Part shown: positions 1 through 15,720 of the stretch, one piece after another | Layout of the letters: every line of letters begins with the position of its first letter | How positions within the stretch are numbered: the stretch's first letter is position 1 | NCBI GenBank assembly: GCA_013239625.1 | Contig: MU053881.1 | Span: 3,719,565-3,739,564 of the forward strand | DNA from: Lama guanicoe | Lineage: Eukaryota | Direction: 5' to 3' | Length of the DNA stretch: 20,000 bases | Position numbers and translations under genes: made by a program | Notes under the pieces: model-generated | Database searches by the model: none | The model's input: only the letters and a program-made list of their open reading frames with translations | What the model was told of the DNA's origin: nothing

Positions 1-660
1 TCTTAACCCGGAGTCGGCGTCTCCGGATCCCCCACCCCGGACTGAGATCGCCCGAGGCTGCGGGGTCCGAGAGGCGCCGGGAAGGAAGCTCGGCGGACGG
101 GCTAATTAGGGACCCAACTTGGCGGCTGACGTCGAAACCGGGAAGAGCTTTGGCCTTTGGAAAAAGCATCCCATAAAAGAGGCTGGCTGGGGTGGCCCGG
201 CGGGGTGGCAGAGGCGCACCATAGGGGAGGTTTGGGGCGCTCCCGCGGCTCACGCCGGCTCGGGAGTGCGCGGCAGAGCGGGAGGAAGGAAGTCGGTCTG
301 TCCCCAGCCTCGGAGCAGAGTCCTGGGTTTGGATCACGCTCCGCGCTGGAGCTGCGGGACCTCCGAGACTCGCTGCCCGCCCCTGGGAGGCTCTCCGCCC
401 AACCGGGAAATGGAGTTGCCGGCGCCCACCTCTAAACTGGGTGTCGGCACAAAGGAAACTGGGACGGAAGCGCTAGTTCTAGTAGGTGCCAGGTGCCAAT
501 CTTCCCACCGCGCACTGGCTGCAGCACGAAGTTCTCGAATCCCTTTCGACTCGTTCCCAGGATCACCGGAGCTTCTCAGCCGAAAACAGACCTCGGAAAG
601 GTACCCTCCGTGGCCACTTGGTTTATTTGTGCAACAGAGAGCGGAATTTGAGATCCTCCC
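1..660. promoter_or_regulatory. CpG island downstream of MSX2 (continues beyond the window start)
   Basis: Dense CpG and high GC; GGCGCC 73-78, CTAATTAG 102-109, TGACGTCG 127-134. Confidence 0.7.
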
Positions 661-1371
661 CCGCCTCTCCCACCCATTACCACTTCATTTTCATGGTGGT
701 ATCTTAAAACCCCAGCCTGGCCCCCGTCCTGTACCCAGCGGAAAGGGAGGCTGCAAAGCAAAGGCGACTCGAATGTTCTACCTGCCCCCTACAAATCGAA
801 AAGAGCGTTTGTTCAAGGCTCATCTCCTTGGAAGGAGATAGGAATGGTAAACGGAATGTGATTTGACCCAGTCCTGAAAGGGCAGCAGGCGTCCCCCCTT
901 CCCCCGCCCTTGTCAATGAGTCTGGCTACCATCTCCATTTGCAGAGAGCTTATATAGGTTCCTTTCCCTCAGCTTTAAGTTTGTCGTTGTCTTGGTAGCG
1001 GAGAGATTTCAAGTTCAAGATTTTTCCCTCAATCATGTCCAAACCCCTGAGATTCTGGCTGATCCCTTGGCCCTGCCACGTCTAAGCTCATCTTTCAGTT
1101 TCAAAAACTCCTAATAGCAATTTCCCACAAGTAACACAAGCTGCCAGAGGAAGGATTTCAAAGTATTTTGCCATTTTCAATGGATTTCCCTACCTCAGTC
1201 TGAATCTAGCCACAACTCTTGATTGATTCACATTACAATCATAATAAAAATCACCAGCCCCACCTCCCCAATCTGGGTGGCATTTTGGGGGCTAAATCCG
1301 GCCAAGGAACAGAGAGCGCCTCTTAAAAATAATTGTGACTTTGGACAGCCTTGACCACAATAAAACAAACG

Positions 1372-1382
1372 TTTAATTTAAT
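1372..1382 (-). terminator. Distal poly(A) signal: two overlapping ATTAAA
   Basis: Plus-strand tttaatttaat equals minus ATTAAATTAAA. Upstream UGUA (1434-1431) and U-rich tract; U/GU-rich sequence immediately 3' (gtttgttttattgtgg). Confidence 0.65.
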
Positions 1383-2348
1383 TCAGAATAAGAGATAAGA
1401 AATAACTCTTCAATAAAATATATAAAATTATACAAGGCACCCTTTCAAAGGGATAAACGTATACTGGGGGGTGGTGGGGAGCGCTGGATAGAAAGACGAA
1501 ATACCAGGGAGCTATGTGAGCTGCTTGACAACACCATTTTTAGCAAGTCAAAACATGGCTTTACCCTCTGCCCCCAACATGTTAAAAAGTATATAAATTT
1601 TCCTAATAAGTTTAGCGCATACAATAGGTACACACACACATAAAGCATTGTTTTTTTTTCTTTTGGGATCTATTCATTGTTCAAGAATATTTGGCATATA
1701 GGTAATGGTTACAAGATATTCATTTTTTTTTCAAGCAGAGAATTAACTACACCCCCCCAACCCAAAAATCACCTTTGCAATGTCTGAGGATTGACGTACC
1801 TAGTAGTTCACAGAAACCATCAATTCCTCCCCGACATGCTTTAACTTTTCACTCTCCAATTATCTGAAATGGAGTTAAGCAACAGCCTTGAGAGGAATTA
1901 GGAAAGACTTCTATTTTCCACCTTACCCCCAGGCACTTTCAAGATTCTTCTCATCCCCCTTTTATTGATCTTACAAAAACTTTTAACAATGTGTGACGAT
2001 ATGGAGAGGGAGGAAAAAAACAGGGCCAAATATGGTCGTATCTAAAGAGTTTTTTAATGCATGTAAAAAATGCAAAACCATGGCGAGTCCCTTGGAGGGC
2101 TCCCTACTGATGCACAGTGTCTGATTCTCAGGTTTGTTTTCCATAGGTAAAAGTTAGTCCTTCTATTCAAATCACCCAATTTCAGCAAAATTAGCCAATA
2201 AGTTGTCTCCCCCTAAAAGAAAAAACAGACTTAAGCAGTCTCTTTTTAGGAAGGTGATATAGAGAAAAAAAGGAAATCTATATGTATATAAATTTTGCTT
2301 TTCAAAATAATTTGATTTTTACATCTGCTGTATAAAAATGTATTATAT

Positions 2349-2354
2349 TTTATT
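2349..2354 (-). terminator. Proximal poly(A) signal AATAAA
   Basis: Plus-strand tttatt in an AT-rich block about 275 nt after the stop codon. Confidence 0.5.
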
Positions 2355-2626
2355 ATATATAGACTTATATATAAAAACCATCAGAGCCAATCTCTGTGAA
2401 AGGAGAAGGGGGTGTCTGGAAGATGACACCAAGAAAACGGGGCTTTGGTGTCTCCAGTCTAAAGAACCGATTCGCACTATGTCTGTGGCCCTGTCGACCT
2501 AGGCGTGGAGGGTGGTGCATACAAGGTTTGCAGAGCAGAGGGCTGGCGTGAGACTGTCTTCTTGGAGAGGGAGGGGGAAGGTGTTTAAACAAGCATCCAT
2601 CACGGAGTCTATTGAGCTGGTCTTCC

Positions 2627-7700
<5,074 letters not shown>

Positions 7701-9051
7701 TTCTTAAAAAGGTACCACGCGCCTACACCCACCCCACCAGCCCCCCCCCCAAAAAGCCGCCAGACACTGCAACTGACATTGCAGCAACATTTATGAAGCT
7801 CCTACTATGGGCCCAAACTGGGCCAACTTAACAATTTTAGGCATCAGCACTGAAAGCACGGGCCAGCATCCCTGCTAAAGGAAACACTCCACGCTCGGCG
7901 CTTATAAGAGAAGATATTTTCTCTATTAGCAAGTGCCCCACAGCGTCCGCTATCACTATAACTCCCCTAGGAGAGGGGCCAGAGCAAGCCGGAGATGGTG
8001 GTCACGGCTGTCCTCTCCCAAATAGTTCCGACTGGAAAATACAAACCAGTGCTCTCCATCTCTTCCACTGGGAAACAAAGCCAGCGCGCTCTCAGAAACT
8101 TGGAATCCGCGAGTTTCTTTCCCCTGAATCTCCTCTGTGGACAACGTCTAGACTTTTTTTCTCAAGACCACATGTACTGTGTGTTCATGCGTTTGTTTGA
8201 GTCTATGTCTGTCATGTGTGTCAGGGTGCCAGTGTTTGCCTTCAAGGGGGAGGAGGAGGGAGGAAAAGGCATCGATAGTATCTAACGCTTCCCCCGCCTC
8301 CCCTTCCCTTGCAAATCTCACAAATGCTGGGTGCCAAGTTTGCACACCCGAGGCCTGTGTATCTTTTGGTGAAGCACATTTTCAGTCATTGCACCTGGTT
8401 AAAAAAAAATAAAGTATAGATATCCTTACCCCACTTCAAATTATACCCTGGGTAATTATATCTCAAAGCCTTAGTGATGACTGTCTCAGTCCAGGAAAAG
8501 GGAGAGCAAGCTTCCAATTCGCAGAGGCCTCCAATCTCTCTGCAGGCCGCTGGGCCAGCACCTGTGGCTTCAAAGGACTCTGTCCAGGCTGTAGCTGCCT
8601 TTTCATATATCTGACCGATTACCCCTACAAGTGATGAGGTGAAGGGAAGTGTCCCAGCTCAGGCACCTCGGCACAGCAGAGGCTAGCTGAGCAGTTTCCA
8701 AAACCTTGGGAGGAGGGGACCTTTTTTTTAATTACTTAAATGAGCAAAGCTCAGAGTTACCTTCCAGTTCAAGAGTTTTGGAAACTTGACCCCCCCGCCC
8801 CCAGATCCACTTCCCAGAGCACCTCTCTGATGCACTGCTTCCTTCACCCCAAACCTCTGCCTGTAGGGAAAATATGCTGGCCTAGGATAACCAGGTGTTA
8901 TCTGAATCTTGGAGGATAAATACATTAGGCACTGGCCGGCCACTTAATTCTGTTTGATTAGAAATGGTCCTGAAAAAAAGTTAAAAAGTAAAGACGTTCT
9001 AACCACAGCCTTCTAAAAACTTCTAGGTCCCTCTCCCACCACTACAAACAA

Positions 9052-9055
<4 letters not shown>

Positions 9056-9142
<87 letters not shown>
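9056..9142. repeat. (TA)n microsatellite, about 43 units with two interruptions
   Basis: Directly visible; interrupted by a taaa and a tg. Confidence 0.98.
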
Positions 9143-9145
<3 letters not shown>

Positions 9146-10429
9146 AAAATGGAAGCTCAGAGAAAAAAACACAACTATGAAAGCCATCTGGAGATATGTG
9201 CATTATGCATTTTCCCCTTGAGTCACACTTGATGATAGTTGACGATATGCATCTCAAATACAGTACAGGTAGAGCCAGATCTAAGTTCCGTGCCTTCTAG
9301 AGATACCTAGCAAGATGCAGGCTATATGTTTTGAAAGCAAACCTGAAATTCGTTTAGCCCTCAGCTGCCAAAATGTACAAAAGGATTCAGTGTTCAGTTG
9401 GGCTCTACCCAGCCAGAGTTTTGTAAATGTTCCTGAAAACTGTTTGTTAATATTTGTCGATTTAGGGGTGTGCAGGCTCATTCCTGGGATTTTTTAAAAT
9501 CAATACTCCTAGAACTCTTCTATTTTGATGAATTTTTCTGGGACAAGATAAGGTAGGTTCTCCTCCCTAAGCTCTGGTCCTGATGTCCAGGTAGAGGAAG
9601 AAAATGATGAAGCCAGACATGAGAAAACAGTAAAGATTTAAAACAACAAACAAACAGCTGGTGTTCAAAGCCAGGGTGCCAAGCTCTGGCCGTGAGCAGG
9701 AGAGATGTCCATGGAGCAACGTGTCTGCCCGTCCAGTCTTCTGCCAGCTCCCTCCCGAAAGCTCCCTCCTGGACTGGAGACAATTCTGGAAAGCGTCTCT
9801 CTTCTGCTCTGAAAAGAGTGCAACCTCAACACAGGTCTAGCCCTTTATGGAAAGTCCTGTCTGGGCATTTGCTCCTGCGTTGCCTGCGTTTTCAGCATAT
9901 CGTATTCACCTCTTCCTGGCCGCGAGACGCTGGTCGCGTTACTTCTCCTCCTTAGCCTGATTTTTAATGTCTAAAATGAGAGATCATAACTCCTAACCAG
10001 GATGGCTGTCGTTGCAATTCAATTCAAGGAGCTACATAAAATAACTAGCAGGTGTAGGGGATCCCCGCCCCCCCCAAAAAACCCTCACCATAATATTGTA
10101 TATCAAAAAGCAGCAACAATTCATCGAATGCGTTCTCTCTGCCACATAGCCTCAAAGAGGCGCGTCGCCCCCTATCACGGAGTTCACGATGGGTTCTTCG
10201 TAAAATCTCCGGGACCGAGAATTTGGCTCGCTCGGAAAAGTGTCAGCTAGAGGCTGGCTTTGGCACTTAGGGGTCATTCAGTAAAGGTTAGTTCCTGGTG
10301 ACATATTCGCAGGCAGAAACGTGAGGTTCCCATCGGAATTCAGTCACTACAAATCGTCAACTCTGCGTTAGTACCTAGACCTGCCCTCCAGGATCTCATT
10401 TGTTTCTTCCAACACACCGCTCCGGGCAG

Positions 10430-10475
10430 AAATTATTTCCCCTATTTTACAGATGAGAAGCCTGAGGCTAGGAAG
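10430..10475 (-). mobile_element. MIR core fragment
   Basis: attatttcccctattttacagatgagaagcctgaggct is the reverse MIR core. Confidence 0.8.
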
Positions 10476-10897
10476 CGCTAATTCTGCGGCCGGGTCACGC
10501 GGGCAGGAGGCGGAGGACCCGAGCATCCCCCCTCGCGGCACCGGCCCCCGCTCGCAGACCCGCGGCGCCCCACCTTCCCGCGCGCCCCGGGCGTGCTGCA
10601 CGCGCCCCGGCGGGGAGAGGAGCAGCCGCGCACGCGCACCGCAAGTCCCGGTGCGAACGCCGAGCAGGACTGACGGCGCGCGGACCGCCGCGTTCGCAAC
10701 CCCCAGGACCGATCGCCGGATCCCGGCGACTCGGAGGAGGCGGGGGAGGGGCGGAGGAGGGGGCTGTAGCCGGGCCAGGGCTGCGGGCAGGCGCCAGGCG
10801 CGGGGAGATGAAAGGCGGGCTCCGGGGGAAGGGGCTGCGCCGGGTGACCGGCTCCAGCCGCGCCGGGCGCCCCGCCCCCGCCCCGCCCCGCCCCCGC

Positions 10898-10950
10898 TGC
10901 CCCGGGCAGAGGCGGCTGCCCGCGCCGGAGCCGCGTTAATTGCTCTCGGC
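10898..10950. promoter_or_regulatory. Probable orthologue of the Msx2 BMP-responsive element (GC-rich Smad1/5 sites plus TTAATT homeodomain site)
   Basis: gcagaggcggctgcccgcgccggagccgcgTTAATTgctct: a lone TTAATT (10936-10941) abuts GCCG/GGCG-rich sequence about 3.6 kb upstream. This fits the architecture and position I recall for the mouse ~52-bp element. Confidence 0.75.
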
Positions 10951-10975
10951 CCCGGCACTCAGCCTGCGCGGAGCC

Positions 10976-11060
10976 GGGACAACCTCGCTCCAGGAGGAAT
11001 GACAATTCGCCCTAATGGGACAACCTCGCTCCCAGAGGAGTGACAATTCCTCCTAATGGG
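10976..11060. repeat. Diverged tandem duplication, 2 x 41 bp
   Basis: gggacaacctcgctccaggaggaatgacaattcgccctaat (10976-11016) versus gggacaacctcgctcccagaggagtgacaattcctcctaat (11017-11057); 36/41 identical by manual count. Confidence 0.95.
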
Positions 11061-11179
11061 CCGCTCGTTAGCGGCCTATTCTCCCGAACCCGGGTATCAG
11101 AAGCGGGCAGACAAGCGGGCGCCAAGGTCCGCCTGGAATTCCACAACACCGCTCCCCCACCATCCCCCCTCCCCCGTCT

Positions 11180-11260
11180 TTCGCTGTGTGACCTCGGGCA
11201 AAAGACTGCTCCTCTCTGAGCTCATTTTTCTTACCTGTGCTGTGCGGATCAGGAATGGTG
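11180..11260 (+). mobile_element. MIR fragment
   Basis: gctgtgtgacctcgggcaa...cctctctgagctcatttttcttacctgt. Confidence 0.7.
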
Positions 11261-11549
11261 TAAGACTAGACCTCAGTTGAGCGTGTGTATTTCCAGGCAT
11301 TTGAGAAATCACCTTCCGAGTTACAGAGCAGGAAGGCGAGTAGACGGGCACTCTGCACTCGGGGTCGCTGCTTGGGGTTCTTTGAGGGGAGCGGGGGAAG
11401 GGGTGACATCTCTTGCTTATGCAGTTCTGGACTCTCCAATCGGTTTACCACGGCCCCCGCCGGCTAAGGTCAGGACCCAGGTCTGGAGAGAAGGGGCCTT
11501 TGCCAAAGCGCTACACGGATTACACAAGCTAACTGAAGCCTGGGTTTTA

Positions 11550-11640
11550 ATGGCTCCCCATTGTACAGATAAAGAGGTCGAGGCACGGACAGGAGAGTGG
11601 CTGGCCTGGGATCTGCTGTGGGCCGTGTCTAATTCGACGG
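11550..11640 (-). mobile_element. MIR fragment
   Basis: ccccattgtacagataaagaggtcgaggcac...agtggctggcc. Confidence 0.6.
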
Positions 11641-11980
11641 GGCCCTCCTCGAAGAAGCCCACAATAGGAACATTCTCGCAGGAGGGAGGAAGAAATGGAG
11701 GCAAATGCGGTGCCTCCCTGTGGGTGCACAGTCTCAGAGAGGAATGGTCCAGTCCAGCTCGTGGAGACTTCTAGTTGTTTATGGCCACAGCAGGTGTGAG
11801 GTTTGTGAAAGGCGAAAGAGCCTTGATTTCTGCTCCTTCTGTAGTTCAATGTTCAAATCCACCCCAGACTTATTAACCATTTGCCACCATCACTGCACTG
11901 GGGTCCTCAGTATCCTCTTTCAGAAAAGACGGTTGCTGGTGAGGACTAGGTGAGAAGCCTTATAAAAAAGCAGGTAACAT

Positions 11981-12115
11981 GGGGGAGGGTGTAGCTCAGC
12001 AGTAGAACACATGCTTAGCATGCACAAGGTCCTAGGTTCAATCCCCAGAACCTCCAATAAAAAATAAAATAAAAAATTAACTTAAAAATACATAAAGAAA
12101 CCCAATTACCTCCCC
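11981..12115 (+). mobile_element. tRNA-derived SINE, Vic-1-like (camelid)
   Basis: ggggagggtgtagctcagcagtagaacacatgcttagcatgcacaaggtcctaggttcaatccccag has Pol III A-box and B-box, followed by an A-rich tract and a cccaattacctcccc tail. Resembles the camelid SINE consensus as recalled. Confidence 0.8.
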
Positions 12116-12224
12116 TGCTCCATCAGGCACCCCACTCTGGAGTGGCAGTAATGGTTCTGCTTGTAGCTTCCTGGAGGGTTGAAACAGGATTGAGCCACTG
12201 ATTTCCTGTGGGACTCCGCAGAAT

Positions 12225-12310
12225 TCGCTTCACCTCTCTGTACCGCATTTCCTCATCTGTAATGTTGGAGTATCTAGCATTTAGTAAATGTTGGCTATTA
12301 TTATCATTTC
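12225..12310 (+). mobile_element. MIR fragment
   Basis: cttcacctctctgtaccgcatttcctcatctgtaatg...tagtaaatgttggctattattat. Confidence 0.7.
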
Positions 12311-14057
12311 TTAAATCATTACTTTATTTATTTTTATTTTAGCCTTTTGGTTGTCATTTATTGACTTCTTTCCCTGGAACTCTGATTTGTGCAGACCTAA
12401 ACATCGTGAAATGGTCCAATGAAATTTATATTGAAAATTTCAGTATCCGGCAGTGTTATTTCATGATAAGTGGCTACAATTTTTACCCACCCCAATCCCA
12501 CCCCTGAACTGAAAATATATTCCAGTGTGACTGTCATTTCCGAAATCATTCTTGATAATATTTTTTCCCACCCTTTTCAACAGATCTGCCTGACAGCACA
12601 GACACCTGTGACCCAGTGATCCAAAGTTGGATAATGTGAGGCCTGAGAAGCTCACTTTTCAGAGCCTTTTTTTTTCTTTTTTCTGAAAAATGGGAATAAC
12701 TTCCCACCTCTTGAGAAGGAAGTGGATTAACAACTCTGTCAAGTGAGGGATGGGGATCAAGGGAGGAAGAAATGGTTTAGTCAAACAGCATGAAGTAGCT
12801 CTCAATTCCCAGCCCCTGGGCACAGCTTGCTGGCACCTTCCCAACCCCTGCCTGCACTGGAGAGAGAGATGCCCACAAGCAGGGCCCAGGCCCCTGACTT
12901 TTGTCTGCACAGAAACACCCAGAGGGCTCCCTGGAAGAGGTGACTCTAGGAAGCAGTTTTATGGAACCAGTGCAGCCATCCAGGAGGGCACCGAGGGTTT
13001 GCATCTTGCCCCGCCGCCATTTACAAATCTCTGCCTCCCCGGCCCCACCCCATCTCAGTTTGCCCATCTGTAAAACCAGGAAAATTACCCATACTAAACT
13101 GGGCTGAGATGAGCTTTAAACCAGGCTTCGGTAACTGTCAGCTCCCTCTCATACCTTAAGCAACCCTGTGATGAAAAGGCCCTCATTCCTCCTTAAGGAG
13201 GAGAAAATTCAAGCTTAAGGCTTGATAAGAGTTTCTCACAACTAGTAAATACCTGGCAGAGATGCAGATCAGGGTTTGGCTGAGTCTAAAAATGTCTGTA
13301 TCTTGCCTGAGGCAGAAGCTGCTGTGTAGGTGGGAGGGAAGGCATCTGGAATTGCTCAGAGCAACGATGAAGTATCTACTTTTGCTATTTTCTTCCAATT
13401 AGACAGATGGAACTGTAGAGTCTGGGAGGGGCTCAATTACAAGTGAGGGCACCGGGAGAAAGTGCATCTTGCCTTATGGATTGCCAAAGAGTTTGACGGG
13501 AATCTGAAATCTCTCTTATCTGGTGGCCTCCAAATTGCTTTGGCTTCAGACCGTAGCTGACTGGGCACGGGCGCGGAGGGGAAAAGGAAATTTGGGGAGT
13601 TACTTCATAGACATAATTATATTTTTTTAAATTAAGGAAACTAGAATCTCTTCCAGTTGCTCCACCCCCAGTCGCTTGGTGGGGAATAAGCAAGATTTGC
13701 TTTACCTTTAAGGATGAAGACAATTAGAAGCAATTATTCAAAATTTTATTAGTCATTTCTAGGGGAGGGGTTGGGGCATTGGAGCTAAGCTAAAGCTTAC
13801 TTTTTTGTTTTTTGGTTTTTTTGATTTCACCCTCACAGTGATGATATAAATGCAAAGCATCCTGAGATGTAAGCTTCAGAAAGCCCTTTCCACATTCAGG
13901 ACTTCACTTGCTCCTCAGAATTGAAGTTGGGCTCCAGATACCCTGCCCCAGAGCTACCCTGCGCCTTCTGGCTTCGAGGACCCTCTGATGCAGAGACCTA
14001 GCCTGGATCCATTTAGGTCTGATCAGGGTCCCTGAAATTTGTCATGTGCCCTGAAGA

Positions 14058-14111
14058 TCACCTGACACAGTGAGGGGACTCAATAACCATTGGTTGAGTA
14101 AATGAATAAAT
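14058..14111 (+). mobile_element. L2 3' end fragment
   Basis: cctgacacagtgaggggactcaataaccattggttgagtaaatgaataaat resembles the L2 terminus. Confidence 0.65.
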
Positions 14112-14369
14112 CTAGAAATGAAAACAGTGGCAGAAACTGGAAGTATTACTCACCTGCCTCCAAAGGGCACCTTTCCCAGCGACTTGGAATGAACCTTGAA
14201 TTGGGAGGGGTAACCACTGGAACTGACACTAGATTCTTGCGGAGAGAGGTCAGACTTTTAAATTGTCCCCAAAGAAAAACTGAAATCTTTCTTTGCCCCA
14301 AACCCTTAACTCGCTAGAATTTCAATTAATCTTCACCACTTCCCCACCTCCCGCCCCCCGCCATAAATA

Positions 14370-14490
14370 GTTACTCCTTTCACAGATGGAGAAAGAGTTT
14401 GGGAGTTTGTCATCTGCCCAAGGTCATGCAGCAATGAAGTGACCTAGTCAGCATTTGACCCCAGGTGAATCTGACTCCAAACCCCAAACT
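14370..14490 (-). mobile_element. MIR fragment
   Basis: tttcacagatggagaaa...tgcccaaggtcatgcagc...atttgaccccagg...tctgactccaaa. Confidence 0.75.
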
Positions 14491-14729
14491 GGTTTCTCTT
14501 TATCCTCCTTCAGATCTCATTTCTCTGGTCCCTGATTTCACGAAGCCAGAGACACTCAACCTCACGCTGGTTATCTTCCCCGCTCACTTTAGCAATAGCT
14601 TGACTTTGTGGCACTTTCCAGCTTTCCCCAAACAAGAGCGTGTTTCTGTGCTAGAAAAGAAAAAAGATAAGAAGACCTAAATGTAGTCATAAAAATATAA
14701 ACTCATAGTTTGAGTTTCTTCTCTCCCTG

Positions 14730-14860
14730 GTAATAGCAATCAGCACTTACTGAGCATGGAGGATACACCAGGCTCTGTCCTAAGGCACTGCCATGTACTA
14801 ACTCATTCAGTCCTCACCGCAACCCTCTGTGATAGCTGCTGCTTTATCTGCATTTTCCTG
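14730..14860 (-). mobile_element. MIR fragment (3' part)
   Basis: cacttactgagca...ccaggctctgtcctaaggcact...actcattcagtcctcaccgcaaccct. Confidence 0.7.
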
Positions 14861-15609
14861 AATGGCCATCTGCTTCTCAGACTTGGAAAATCTAGATAAA
14901 TATAATTTCTCTTTCTAATTGTGCCCGTGCGAAGAGGTCATTCTCTCCCTATCCTCTGCCTACCCTCCAACCTTAGAAAATAAAAGTCACCATCATCTAA
15001 ATAGAAAAATGAATTTTAGTAGATCCACAAACTTTAAATAGTGTCAGGCCTTCCTCCATCAGGTTGCTACTCCTGTTCATTACCGTGTGTATGGGAGTTT
15101 GATAAAAGTGGAACATTTTCCCTTTTCTGTCTGTCCGAAGCACATGACTCTTTGCAGATGGATTTGCCGTTTTTGTGGGGAGGGTGGGAAATTAAAAAGC
15201 AAGGACCTGGACCTCAGCCAAGAACAAGGGTCCTGGTCCGTGCATGTCACTCATTTGCCAGGTGACTTTAAGTAGGTCCTCCCCTTCTCAGGGTTCCTGA
15301 TTCACCCCCCTGGCAAAACAAGCTTTCAGTTTTTCTTTGTGGGCAGTTTAAACGTCTGACCCCTTCTAAGCAAGAATCCAGCATCCATCCCATTGTTAAG
15401 ACTCAGAGCCTCCCCCTCCAGATTCAAGGCGCCTTTCCTGTCTCTTCTGGTTCTGTGGTTCTCTGATAAAGGGCTGAGTGGAAAACCCATCCTGCTCCTT
15501 GTCCTGTCTCCCACCAGGCTGACTGAGGGTTCCAGGAGGGGGGAGGCATAAAGTGGAAAGGTCACAGGCGGTGGGCGGGGGGAGCTAGTGGGAACCCCTG
15601 TTGTATCCT

Positions 15610-15720
15610 GTGCAGCTGTGTGTCCTGGGGCAAGTGGTCCCACTTCTCTGAGCTAAGCCTCACTCTCCCCATCAGGACGCTGGGGCTAAGTGTCCCTATT
15701 GCAGGGTGATTGGAGGATGA
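15610..15720 (+). mobile_element. MIR fragment
   Basis: gctgtgtgtcctggggcaagtggtcccacttctctgagc...ctcactctccccatc. Confidence 0.6.

Larger units (their letters stand above)
1350..2626 (-). other. MSX2: MSX2 3' UTR (AU-rich, end approximate)
   Basis: Follows the TAA stop. AT-rich blocks at about 2270-2380 and 1360-1435; ends after tandem ATTAAA hexamers. Confidence 0.75.
10480..11150. promoter_or_regulatory. Upstream CpG island / distal enhancer region about 3.2-3.9 kb upstream of the ATG
   Basis: Very high GC and CpG, a GC-box array (10869-10896), and the BMP-element-like sequence. Confidence 0.85.

Noticed and set aside
119..841. 240-aa plus-strand ORF
   Set aside because: Starts at TTG, has low-complexity G/P/R/S composition and no recognisable domain; expected in a CpG island.
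10368..11043. Overlapping 175-196 aa ORFs on both strands
   Set aside because: Arg/Ala/Gly/Pro-rich products of stop-poor CpG-island DNA.
11981..12056. Possible tRNA gene
   Set aside because: The acceptor stem is poor and the sequence is followed by an A-rich tail, so it is a SINE head.
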